From Actinomycetota bacterium (GTDB lineage Bacteria; Actinomycetota; UBA4738; HRBIN12), in contig JBBEAY010000062.1 in assembly GCA_040882605.1 (NCBI GenBank), positions 4,661 to 68,660 of the forward strand: 64,000 nucleotides of DNA, given 5' to 3'. Both the position numbers and the translations under genes were made by a program. Positions 8,979-19,631 of the stretch are shown piece by piece (the first letter of the stretch is position 1; each line of letters starts with the position of its first letter). Below the pieces are notes generated by a model. The model saw only the letters and a program-made list of their open reading frames with translations, was not told the origin of the DNA and ran no database searches.

Positions 8979-9380
8979 CTAGCCCGCCGCGCAGCTCACG
9001 CAGCGTCCTGTGATCGCGAAGTGCGTGAGGTCGGCTTCGAAGCCGTGGTGACTGCGGATCAGGTCTTGCAGCGCGTGCGCCTCATCGAGCGACAGCGGGT
9101 CGTCCTCGCCGCATCGTCCGCACGTGAGATGCACGTGCTCGGCTTCCTCGGTCCTGTGGTACTCGGCCCCAGTCTCGAGGTGGGAATGCGACAGCACGCC
9201 GACCTCCTCGAGCAGGGTCAGCGTGCGGTACACCGTCGAGGCGTTGACCCCTGGCATCTCGCCCTGCACCTTGCGGGCGATCACGGCGGGGGAGATGTGC
9301 CCTTGCGTGCGCATCACCTCGGTGACGATGGCACGTCGCTGGGGCGTCATGCGCAGGCCCCTGGTGCGCAGCTGATCCAT
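8979..9380 (-). CDS. Fur-family metalloregulator (Zur-like)
   Basis: GLRMTPQRRAIV...winged helix, then HSHLE..EYH and two CxxC pairs (CGRCGE, CVSC). I chose ATG 9380 (133 aa); the track's TTG 9446 would add 22 aa. Confidence 0.8.
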   Translation of the reverse strand: MDQLRTRGLRMTPQRRAIVTEVMRTQGHISPAVIARKVQGEMPGVNASTVYRTLTLLEEVGVLSHSHLETGAEYHRTEEAEHVHLTCGRCGEDDPLSLDEAHALQDLIRSHHGFEADLTHFAITGRCVSCAAG

Positions 9381-9434
9381 CACGTCGGCATAGTCGTGCC
9401 CGGTCCGTTCCACGTGCCGGATGGTAGCAGGGTG

Positions 9435-9462
9435 TTGCAGGTGCAACGCCGATTGCAGGTGC
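9435..9462. promoter_or_regulatory. Repeated TTGCAGGTGC motif (first copy forms palindrome TTGCAggTGCAA) upstream of the Fur-family gene
   Basis: TTGCAGGTGCAA at 9435-9446 and TTGCAGGTGC at 9453-9462, 55-80 nt upstream of ATG 9380 on the minus strand. Candidate (auto)operator. Confidence 0.3.
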
Positions 9463-9479
9463 TTGTCGTGGCGAACCGC

Positions 9480-9973
9480 TCAGGCCATGGGCGGGGGAAG
9501 ACCCAAGGACCGGGCCGCCCACGGAAGCGCGGTGGAAGCTTGACGCCGCTGCAGCGGGCGCACATGGGGAGCGTCGGGGATGTCGGGATGGGCGCCTCGC
9601 CACCCGAAGTAGCCGGCGAGCAGCGAGGCGATCGCCGCGACCTCGTCGGTGGTTTCGAGGATCTGTTCCGGAACCGGTCCACCCTCGCCGTGCAGGCTCG
9701 GAAGCCACGCCGCCAGATCGAACACCGGGCTGCCGAGACAGGCGAAGTGCCGATCGATCAGCAGCGCTCGACCGTCGCTGAGGCAAAGGTTGTCGCTGCG
9801 GATGTCGAAGTGCAGCAGGCGGTCGCCGGTGAACCGCGCCGCGGCAGCGTCGCCACCCAGTGCGAGGCTGCCGTCTGGCCGCCTCGGGTCACCGCGCGCC
9901 AAGCCGCAGGCTCAACATCGAGCGCACTGGTCGCTCGTTCGATGTCGTCGGCGCTCGGGCGGTGTGCAGCCAT
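9480..9973 (-). pseudogene. Decayed aminoglycoside/choline-kinase-type phosphotransferase (APH family) remnant
   Basis: The C-lobe is intact in one frame (LLHFDIRSDNL catalytic loop, LIDRHFA). A short N-terminal piece (MAAHRP...AWRAVTRGGQTAASHWVATL) lies in another frame from CAT 9971-9973. The roughly 150 aa normally between the Gly-rich N-terminus and the HxDxxxxN loop are missing. Confidence 0.5.
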
Positions 9974-10027
9974 CGACCCCGAGCCTACTGTCGCGCCCGT
10001 GGCCACCCTGCCGCGCTGCTCGGTCGA

Positions 10028-10033
10028 TACCAT
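10028..10033 (+). promoter_or_regulatory. Putative -10 (TACCAT) for leaderless NmrA-like gene
   Basis: TANNNT hexamer 7 nt upstream of ATG 10041. Confidence 0.3.
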
Positions 10034-10040
10034 CCGATCC

Positions 10041-10931
10041 ATGACGGTCATGGTCACAGGCGCATCTGGCCCGGTCGGGCATGCCCTCATCCCGCTCCTC
10101 GCTCGCAAGGACGAGGTGCGGGCGGCCGTACGCGACGCGGCGTCCGTCGATGCCCTGAGCGCGCTTGGCGCCAAGGTCACGCTCGACCGGCTCGACGACG
10201 CATCCGCCCTCGCCGAGGTGCTCGGCGGCGTGTTCACGCTCGTGCATCTGGTGGGCGGTCCCGATCAGCCCGACGACGATGTGTTGTGGGATGCGAACCA
10301 CCGGTCGGTGCTGCGCGCCCTCGAGGCGGCTCACACGGCTGGCGTCCGGCGCATCGTGTTCGTCTCGGTTCCCGGGGCATCGCCGGATGCCTCGGCGCCG
10401 TTCCTTCGAGCGAAGGGTCTCGCCGAGGAAGCCGTCACGACCTCGGGGCTGCAGCACGCGGTGATCCGCAGCGCCCCGGTGGTGGGGATAGGATCGGCGT
10501 GGTTCGCGGCGGTCGTGGCCGGCGCGCTCGAGTCGCCGCCGGTTATCTGGGGTCCGGGCGGTCGGTCGCTCGCGCCCGTCGCGCTCGGCGACCTGGCGGC
10601 CGCGCTCGCCGTCGCCGATGATGTCGACGTCGATCTCGCCGGAACGTGGAGCCTCGAAGGGCCCGACGCGGTGTCCGCCGACGAGCTGATCGAGATCCTC
10701 TCGGGCGCCGCCGAGCCGCCCTCACACCTCGATGGCGAGCCCGCGAGAACGCTGCTGTCGTCGCTGTTCCAACGTGAGGTCTCGCCTCATTTCGTCGACG
10801 CCCTCACCCATCCGGAGCGGTCCGACGCACCCGATGCGGCGTCCTTCCTCGGGCTCGAGCGCACATCGCTCGTCGACGCCATCAGGACCGCGCTCGCTTC
10901 GGCCACGACGCATGACGGCGACGGCCGGTAG
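10041..10931 (+). CDS. NAD(P)H-binding NmrA/atypical-SDR family protein
   Basis: MTVMVTGASGPVGHAL Rossmann motif. 296 aa. It is only the 3' part of the 713-aa track ORF. Confidence 0.75.
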   Translation: MTVMVTGASGPVGHALIPLLARKDEVRAAVRDAASVDALSALGAKVTLDRLDDASALAEVLGGVFTLVHLVGGPDQPDDDVLWDANHRSVLRALEAAHTAGVRRIVFVSVPGASPDASAPFLRAKGLAEEAVTTSGLQHAVIRSAPVVGIGSAWFAAVVAGALESPPVIWGPGGRSLAPVALGDLAAALAVADDVDVDLAGTWSLEGPDAVSADELIEILSGAAEPPSHLDGEPARTLLSSLFQREVSPHFVDALTHPERSDAPDAASFLGLERTSLVDAIRTALASATTHDGDGR

Positions 10932-10944
10932 CATCGCGAACGCG

Positions 10945-11745
10945 ATGGGGGACTCCGTGAGGTTCGAGGTCGACGACGGCGTCGGCGTGATCCGTCTCGA
11001 TCGCGCCCCCGCGAACGCGATCGATCTCCAGATGGCCACGGAGCTGGGTGAGGCCATCGCCGAGGCAGCGGAGCGCGACGATGTCGGCGCGCTGGTGGTG
11101 TGGGGAGGAGAGCGGATCTTCGCCGCCGGCGCTGACGTCAAGGCCATGGCCGAGTGGAGTCCCGACGAGGTGCGACCGAGCGTCGACGCTCTCGGCGCGG
11201 CGTGCGACCGGCTCGAGTCGATACCCAAGGTCGTGATCGCGGCGGTGAACGGCTTCGCGCTCGGGGGCGGGCTCGAGCTCGCGCTCGGCGCCGATCTCCG
11301 CTACCTGGGCGACGACGCCACCGTCGGGCAGCCAGAGATCAAGATCGGGGTGATCCCCGGCGCCGGCGGCACTCAGCGTCTCACCAGGGTCGTGGGTCCG
11401 GCGAGGGCGCGCGACCTCGTCTACTCCGGCCGCCTCGTGAAGGCCGACGACGCGCTGTCGTTGGGTCTGGCCGATCGTGTCTTGGCGGGGGCCGACGTAT
11501 TCCCCGCGGCGCTCGAGGCTGCACGGCGCTTCGCCCAGGGTCCGCGTCAGGCACTCGCGGCAGCGAAGTCAGCGATCAACGCCGCGATCGCGACACCAGG
11601 CCCTGCCGGCATCGCACGCGAACGCGAGCTGTTCCTGGGGTTGTTCGGCACGCCCGACCAGCGGGAAGGCATGCGAGCCTTCCTAGACAAGCGCGAACCG
11701 CGCTTCGCATCGGCGCAGCCACACGATGTTCACACTTCGGAATGA
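10945..11745 (+). CDS. Enoyl-CoA hydratase/isomerase (crotonase) family protein
   Basis: VIRLDRAPANAID...ERIFAAGADVKAM...NGFALGGGLELALGAD...GQPEIKIGVIPGAGGTQRL are classic crotonase motifs. Confidence 0.85.
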   Translation: MGDSVRFEVDDGVGVIRLDRAPANAIDLQMATELGEAIAEAAERDDVGALVVWGGERIFAAGADVKAMAEWSPDEVRPSVDALGAACDRLESIPKVVIAAVNGFALGGGLELALGADLRYLGDDATVGQPEIKIGVIPGAGGTQRLTRVVGPARARDLVYSGRLVKADDALSLGLADRVLAGADVFPAALEAARRFAQGPRQALAAAKSAINAAIATPGPAGIARERELFLGLFGTPDQREGMRAFLDKREPRFASAQPHDVHTSE

Positions 11746-12038
11746 ACCACTCCCGCTCGCTGTTCGAACAACGTGCAGAGCGGGACCGCCACTCCTCCCA
11801 CCCGTCCGCCGGTCCCGTCCGAAAGGATGTGAACGACGTGGCAGAGGAGAGGTACCGGGGCGCATCGGTCCGCTCGCTCCCGCGACCGAACAGGCAGTAC
11901 GCAGGCGATCGTATCTGCGCCGAGCGAGGGTGCGGCACCAAGCTCTCGCGCTACAACAAGTGGCTGTATTGCTGGCAGCACGAGCCCGTGCACAGCTACG
12001 TGCCACGAGGCAAGCGCAGGAGCCGCAAGGCCGCCTGA
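11742..12038 (+). CDS. Small Cys/His-rich (zinc-ribbon-like) basic protein, unknown function
   Basis: CAERGCGTKLSRYNKWLYCWQHE (C-x4-C-x12-C-x2-H) followed by a basic tail. GC3 is about 85% by hand count. ATG 11742 overlaps the echA-like stop (ATGA). An alternative GTG 11838 follows GAAAGGA. Confidence 0.5.
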   Translation: MNHSRSLFEQRAERDRHSSHPSAGPVRKDVNDVAEERYRGASVRSLPRPNRQYAGDRICAERGCGTKLSRYNKWLYCWQHEPVHSYVPRGKRRSRKAA

Positions 12039-12203
12039 GGTCGGCCGTTCGCTGGCTCCCCGAGCGGCGTACAGCACACGGGTCAGCTCTTGCCGGCTCA
12101 TATGTTGCAGCGCAAGGAGTACAGACAGAGTTCCTGCCCGATTCAAGGTAGCCTCGAACGGTGCCGATGCTGGGGTGGACCGCTCCCCCCGAGCGCGACG
12201 CCT

Positions 12204-12383
12204 ATGACGAACGAGACCGCCGAGCCGCCCGCGATGAGAGAGGGCGCCTGCCCGTACTGCGAGCGGAACGTGCTCGTGTACGAGCAGCCGCCCCGTTGTC
12301 CGCTATGCGCCTGCCCGCTCGACGAGCACACGATGCACCCCTTCGTATTCCCGGGTGATCGGGCGCCTTCCGACCCGGAATAG
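12204..12383 (+). CDS. Small zinc-ribbon protein (59 aa), unknown function
   Basis: CPYC-x12-CPLCAC motif. GC3 is about 85% by hand count. The track ORF starts earlier (12090), but the upstream part looks non-coding. Confidence 0.45.
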   Translation: MTNETAEPPAMREGACPYCERNVLVYEQPPRCPLCACPLDEHTMHPFVFPGDRAPSDPE

Positions 12384-12425
12384 GCTGAGATCGGCCGGCG
12401 GCGCAGGGCGGGGAGCCCGCAGGTC

Positions 12426-14198
12426 TCAGTCGACGAGTCGAACCGGCCGCCGGCCTCGCACGTCGCTCACCAGCTCGATCGCATCTGCCCGCGCCAGGTC
12501 CTCGACGTGGATCGTGCCCTCGACGAGCCAGCCCTCCTCGAGGGCGACCTCACGACCCACCCCCGGCAGCAGCCCCGCGCTGAGCGCAGGCGTGACCCAG
12601 CGTCCGTCGAGCGAGACGGCCACGTTGGCGATCGTCGACTCGGTGATCTCGCCTCGGTCGTTCAGGAGCAGCACGTCGTCGGCGTCGTTGTGGCGCCCCC
12701 GAGCCTCGTCGTAGACGGCTCGCAGGCTGGTCTTGTGGAACAGCAACGGGTCGGTCGGGTCGACCGGATGGTCGCGGTCGACCGCGACCCGAACCGGCGC
12801 CGTTGAGGCCATGAGCGCTGTCGCGCCGGCATCGACCCGGCCTCGGCGATCGAGCGAGACCCTCACGCGCGCGGGGCGATCGGGGAACCGGTCCACCGCC
12901 TGCTGCAGCCCATGCGTCACCGCCGCCTCATCGAACGTGAACCCGAAGTACGCGCTCGAGGACTGCAGACGCGAGAGATGCCGCTCGAGGTGGCGGAACC
13001 CGTCGGCGGGATCGTGGCGGAGCGTCTCGTACAGCTCGAACCTCGGGCGTCTCGTCGTCAGCACCCGCGCTTTGGCGACCGTCTCTTCGTACTCACCCTG
13101 GGCGCTCGAGCCCCACGTGATGCCGCCGCCGACCCCGTACTCGGCGGTGTGAGTCTCGGTGTCGAGCATCACGGTGCGGATCGCCACGTTGAACCGTGCG
13201 GCCGGCATGCCCGACCCTGGCGGCGCGAGGAAACCGACGGTGCCGCAGTACACCCCCCGGGGTGAGTCCTCGAGCTCGGCGATGATCTCCATCGTGCGCA
13301 CTTTGGGCGCGCCGGTGACGGAGCCACATGGGAAGAGCGCCCCGAAGACGTCGACGAGCGTGGTCCCCGTTCTGAGATCGGCCGACACCGTCGACGTCAG
13401 CTGCCACACCGTCTCGTAGCGCTCGAGGTCGAATACGTCGCTCCAGGTCACCGAGCCGGTCCGGGCCACCCTTCCCAGGTCGTTGCGGAGCATGTCGACG
13501 ATCATCGCGTTCTCTGCCCGGTTCTTCACCGAGCCGCGCAGCCCAGCCGCCACTGCCTCGTCCTCGGCGGGCCATCTTCCTCGGCGGGCGGTGCCTTTCA
13601 TCGGCTTGGTCGTGATACGACCCTCGTCGATACGGAGGAACAGCTCGGGTGAGGCAGACAGCACGCGGTAGCGTCCGAGGTTGAGGTACGCAGCGTAAGC
13701 TCCGCGTTGGGCGTAGCAGAGGTCGCGGTAGAGGCCGCGCTCGTCCCCCTCGACCCGCGATCGGAGCCGAAGGGTGTGGTTGACCTGGTACGTGTCGCCC
13801 GCCCCGATGTGTTCGCGGATGCGGGCGATCGCGGTGTCGTACGAAGCCCGATCTACCGAGGGCTGCCACCGGCCGGCCGTGGCATCGACGCGGTCCTCAT
13901 GTGGCTGGGGGAGCACCGTTGGCTCGCGTCCTTCGAACATGGCGAACCACGCGAGCGGCAGTCGAGCGAACACGTCGTCGGCAGCTCGCTCACGCACCCG
14001 GAGCGCCGGGTCAAGGCCGGGCGCCGCCTCGTAGGCGACGAACCCAGCGACCCACGACCCCCGCGCAGCAGCGCCTTCCGCCGCGGCGATCACGCCCGCG
14101 ACCTCGTCGTGGCGAAGCGCTTCGACGACGCCCATCGGGCCGACGAGCCTGAACGGGTCCGATGCCCCGGTCAGGTCGTCGAAACGCGCCTCGATCAT
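12426..14198 (-). CDS. pabB: Bifunctional aminodeoxychorismate synthase component I / aminodeoxychorismate lyase (PabB-PabC fusion)
   Basis: The N-terminal chorismate-binding domain has FPCGSVTGAPKVRTMEIIAELE..RGVYCG. The C-terminal class-IV aminotransferase fold has ...LLLNDRGEITESTIANV.... ATG 14198 (MIEARFDD) is supported by a TATCGT hexamer 7 nt upstream. The track start is 14273. Confidence 0.85.
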   Translation of the reverse strand: MIEARFDDLTGASDPFRLVGPMGVVEALRHDEVAGVIAAAEGAAARGSWVAGFVAYEAAPGLDPALRVRERAADDVFARLPLAWFAMFEGREPTVLPQPHEDRVDATAGRWQPSVDRASYDTAIARIREHIGAGDTYQVNHTLRLRSRVEGDERGLYRDLCYAQRGAYAAYLNLGRYRVLSASPELFLRIDEGRITTKPMKGTARRGRWPAEDEAVAAGLRGSVKNRAENAMIVDMLRNDLGRVARTGSVTWSDVFDLERYETVWQLTSTVSADLRTGTTLVDVFGALFPCGSVTGAPKVRTMEIIAELEDSPRGVYCGTVGFLAPPGSGMPAARFNVAIRTVMLDTETHTAEYGVGGGITWGSSAQGEYEETVAKARVLTTRRPRFELYETLRHDPADGFRHLERHLSRLQSSSAYFGFTFDEAAVTHGLQQAVDRFPDRPARVRVSLDRRGRVDAGATALMASTAPVRVAVDRDHPVDPTDPLLFHKTSLRAVYDEARGRHNDADDVLLLNDRGEITESTIANVAVSLDGRWVTPALSAGLLPGVGREVALEEGWLVEGTIHVEDLARADAIELVSDVRGRRPVRLVD

Positions 14199-14205
14199 GG
14201 GCCGA

Positions 14206-14211
14206 ACGATA
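14206..14211 (-). promoter_or_regulatory. Putative -10 (TATCGT on minus strand) for leaderless pabB
   Basis: The reverse complement of ACGATA at 14206-14211 lies 7 nt upstream of the minus-strand ATG at 14198. Confidence 0.35.
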
Positions 14212-14228
14212 GACGCGCGACCCGGCGG

Positions 14229-14234
14229 TAGCCT
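14229..14234 (+). promoter_or_regulatory. Putative -10 (TAGCCT) for leaderless mnmA
   Basis: TANNNT hexamer 7 nt upstream of ATG 14242, with no SD. Confidence 0.4.
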
Positions 14235-14241
14235 TGTGTCC

Positions 14242-15324
14242 ATGTCTGGGAAGGGTTCGGTGCTGGTGGCCATGTCTGGCGGGGTGGACTCGTCGGTCGC
14301 GGCGTGCCTTCTTCACGAGCAGGGCTACGAAGTCCTGGGCTCGCACATGCGCCTGGTCCATCTGGACGACGTCGAGCATGGATGTTGCGGCCCGGCGGCG
14401 CGCTCCGATGCCGGGGAAGTGGCGCGCATCGGGGGATTCCCGTTCGAGATCGCGGAGATGACCGCGGAGTTCGAGCAGCGGGTGATCGGTGATTTCGTGG
14501 CCGAGCACGAAGCCGGGCGCACCCCCAACCCATGCGCGCGATGCAACGGCGAGATCAAGTTCGGGGCGTTCCTACGCCGGGCCGACGTGCTCAGCATCGA
14601 CATGGTGGCAACCGGACACTACGTACGCAACGAGCTCGGTGACGATGGGCGCCGGCACCTGTTGCGGGGCGCCGACCATGCCAAGGACCAGTCGTACATG
14701 CTGCACATGCTCGGCCAGTCGCAGCTCACGAGGTCGATATTCCCGGTTGGCGACATGTCGAAAGCCGAGACCCGCGCGCACGCCGAACGGCTGGGCCTGC
14801 CCGTCGCGACCAAGCCCGATTCCCAGGAGCTCTGCTTCGCGCCGAGCGGCGATGCCGGCGGGTTCGTGCGTTCACAGGCGCCGCAGCTCGTGCACCCCTC
14901 GGGCGAGGTCGTCGACGAGCAAGGCCACGTGCTCGGCGAGCACGACGGTACGTTCGCGTTCACCGTTGGACAGCGACGGAGGCTGGGAGTCGCCGTCGGC
15001 GAGCCCGCGTATGTGCTTGACGTCGATGCCGCGAACAACCGCGTTGTCGTCGGCCCCGGCGAGCTGTTGTCGCGCGGAGGTCTCGAGGCCGACCGCGCGT
15101 CATGGGTGTCGGGTGAGCTCCCCTCCGATGGGCCGTTCGAGGCAGCGGTGCGGGTGCGCTACCGCGGCGACGACGTCAACGCGGTGATCGAGCCCACCGG
15201 GACCGAGTCGTTCCGGGTCGCGTTCAGCTCGCCCCAGCGCGCGATCGCGCCCGGGCAGAGCGTGGTCGTGTATCGAGGCGACGACATGCTCGGCGGGGGC
15301 CGCATCGTCTCGTCGTTCCGCTGA
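14242..15324 (+). CDS. mnmA: tRNA-specific 2-thiouridylase
   Basis: VLVAMSGGVDSSVAA PP-loop, CCG..., NPCARCNG and KDQSY motifs. The chosen start removes the overlap with pabB. Confidence 0.9.
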   Translation: MSGKGSVLVAMSGGVDSSVAACLLHEQGYEVLGSHMRLVHLDDVEHGCCGPAARSDAGEVARIGGFPFEIAEMTAEFEQRVIGDFVAEHEAGRTPNPCARCNGEIKFGAFLRRADVLSIDMVATGHYVRNELGDDGRRHLLRGADHAKDQSYMLHMLGQSQLTRSIFPVGDMSKAETRAHAERLGLPVATKPDSQELCFAPSGDAGGFVRSQAPQLVHPSGEVVDEQGHVLGEHDGTFAFTVGQRRRLGVAVGEPAYVLDVDAANNRVVVGPGELLSRGGLEADRASWVSGELPSDGPFEAAVRVRYRGDDVNAVIEPTGTESFRVAFSSPQRAIAPGQSVVVYRGDDMLGGGRIVSSFR

Positions 15325-15398
15325 GGCTGCGGCCGGTGCGTCGGCCCCGGTCGCTATCATCGGTTCCCGACCGTGTCCGACCCCCCCCCGGAGGCTGC

Positions 15399-18172
<2,774 letters not shown>

Positions 18173-18350
18173 GCGACTTCCGGGCGCTGCCCATCCGTGA
18201 GGTGACGAGGAGTCAGGTGACGCTCGGGCGCGCGATCATCGGTGCTGCTGGCTCGATACCGGCCCGGCCCGACGTGCGCTGACGCCTACGGCGAGATCCC
18301 CCTACCCATCGAGCGGATAGAGTCCGGCCAAGCCTCAACTGGAGGTCTGT

Positions 18351-19277
18351 GTGACGGCGCATGTGATCGATGGCAACCTTCTCGCGGCGCGGCTTCGCGA
18401 GACGATCGACGAAGAGCTGCAGGTGCTCCGGATGTCGTCAGTCACGCCAGGGCTCGGCACGATCATGGTGGGCGAGGAGGCCGGCGCGTCCGCCTACGAG
18501 CGTCATGTGCGGCGGCTGGCCGAAGGCCTCGACTATCACTACGTCTCGGAGCGACTGCCTTGCGACGTCGTGCTGCCCGACGTGCTGGCGACCATCGGCA
18601 AGCTCAACGCCGACCCTCGCGTCACGGGGGTGCTCGTGCTTCGTCCGCTCCCTGGGCACCTACCGGAAGCCGTGGTCAACGCCACCGTCGATCCACGCAA
18701 GGACATCGAGGGGCAGCACCCCGAGAACGCCGGGCTGTTGGCGCTCGGCCGCCCCCGGTTCGTGCCGTCGACCCCGGCATCGTGCTTCTACCTGCTCGAC
18801 TCGTACGCGCGCTCCACCGGTGTCGATCCGGCCGACTTCTACGCTGGGAAGACCTTGGTCGTGGTCGGACGCTCGACGAGCGTGGGCAAGCCCGTCCAAT
18901 GGCTCGCGCTCGAGCGCCACGCGACCGTGCTCGCCGCCCACAGTCGCACCGCGGCCGCGGGCAGGCTCTCGGAGGCCACATCTCAGGCCGACATCTTGAT
19001 CGTGGCCGCGGGCCAGCCAGGTCTCGTGACCGGCGACATGGTAAGCGAAGGCGTGATCGCGGTCGACGTTGGGTTCCACACGGTGGATGACCCTGACACA
19101 GGGAAGACGCGGTTCGTCGGAGACCTCGACTTCGACTCCGTGGCGGCGAAGGCCGAGGCGATAACCCCGGTGCCTGGAGGAGTGGGACCGATCACCGACG
19201 TGTGGCTCGTCGGCAACACGCTGGTTGCGGCCGCGCTGTCTGTGCAGGTCGAGCCCAGGTTCGGCTCGATCGTCTGA
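18351..19277 (+). CDS. folD: Bifunctional 5,10-methylene-THF dehydrogenase/cyclohydrolase
   Basis: VIDGNLLAA..., LGTIMVGE..AS..Y, TPASCFYLLD, VVVGRSTSVGKP and PVPGGVGPIT. The TGGAGG SD precedes GTG 18351. Confidence 0.9.
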   Translation: MTAHVIDGNLLAARLRETIDEELQVLRMSSVTPGLGTIMVGEEAGASAYERHVRRLAEGLDYHYVSERLPCDVVLPDVLATIGKLNADPRVTGVLVLRPLPGHLPEAVVNATVDPRKDIEGQHPENAGLLALGRPRFVPSTPASCFYLLDSYARSTGVDPADFYAGKTLVVVGRSTSVGKPVQWLALERHATVLAAHSRTAAAGRLSEATSQADILIVAAGQPGLVTGDMVSEGVIAVDVGFHTVDDPDTGKTRFVGDLDFDSVAAKAEAITPVPGGVGPITDVWLVGNTLVAAALSVQVEPRFGSIV

Positions 19278-19324
19278 AGATGCGCCCCGGGGGCCCCGCC
19301 GTCGCGAGGCCCGATCGCCACGGC

Positions 19325-19330
19325 TACACT
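19325..19330 (+). promoter_or_regulatory. Putative -10 (TACACT) for leaderless gatCA transcript
   Basis: TANNNT hexamer 7 nt upstream of ATG 19338, with no SD. Confidence 0.4.
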
Positions 19331-19337
19331 GCCCGCC

Positions 19338-19631
19338 ATGCCGGTGGAGATCGACATCGACCACGTTGCGAAGCTCGCTCGCGTGCAGCTTTCCGACGAC
19401 GAGAAGGCGCGGATCCGCGATCAGCTGACGGTGATCCTGGAGCACGCTGCGAAGGTTGGCGAGGTCGCTGCCGACGACGTGGTACCGACGACGTCGCCGA
19501 TCCCGCAGGTGAACGTCTTCCGTGAGGACAGACCGGAGCCGAGCGTGAGCCACGACGCTGCGCTCTCGAATGCACCCGCCGAGCGCAACGGACGGTTCCT
19601 GGTGCCGAAGATCGCGGACACCGGCTCGTGA
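19338..19631 (+). CDS. gatC: Asp/Glu-tRNA amidotransferase subunit C
   Basis: 97 aa. IDHVAKLARVQLSDDEKARIRDQL...ILEH is a canonical GatC sequence. Confidence 0.9.
   Translation: MPVEIDIDHVAKLARVQLSDDEKARIRDQLTVILEHAAKVGEVAADDVVPTTSPIPQVNVFREDRPEPSVSHDAALSNAPAERNGRFLVPKIADTGS

Noticed and set aside
8790-10040. The N-terminal 417 aa of the 713-aa track ORF 8790-10931. Similar 5' over-extensions occur in ORFs 1104-3149, 2758-4827, 24769-26211, 25548-27506, 39318-41357, 53041-54858, 55656-57281 and 58193-59281.
   Set aside because: The upstream parts overlap other confidently called genes on either strand and lack family homology. Homology to the called family begins at an internal start that usually has an SD, a -10 hexamer or a 4-nt overlap with the previous stop.
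18173-18350. A possible ZTP (pfl) or THF riboswitch upstream of folD. I also noted a direct repeat AGGTGACG at 18200 and 18215.
   Set aside because: I could not find the conserved ZTP elements (GGGUCGUGA..., CCGCCUGGGC pseudoknot) or THF motifs as I remember them. The 8-mer repeat alone is weak evidence. An Infernal scan would be decisive.
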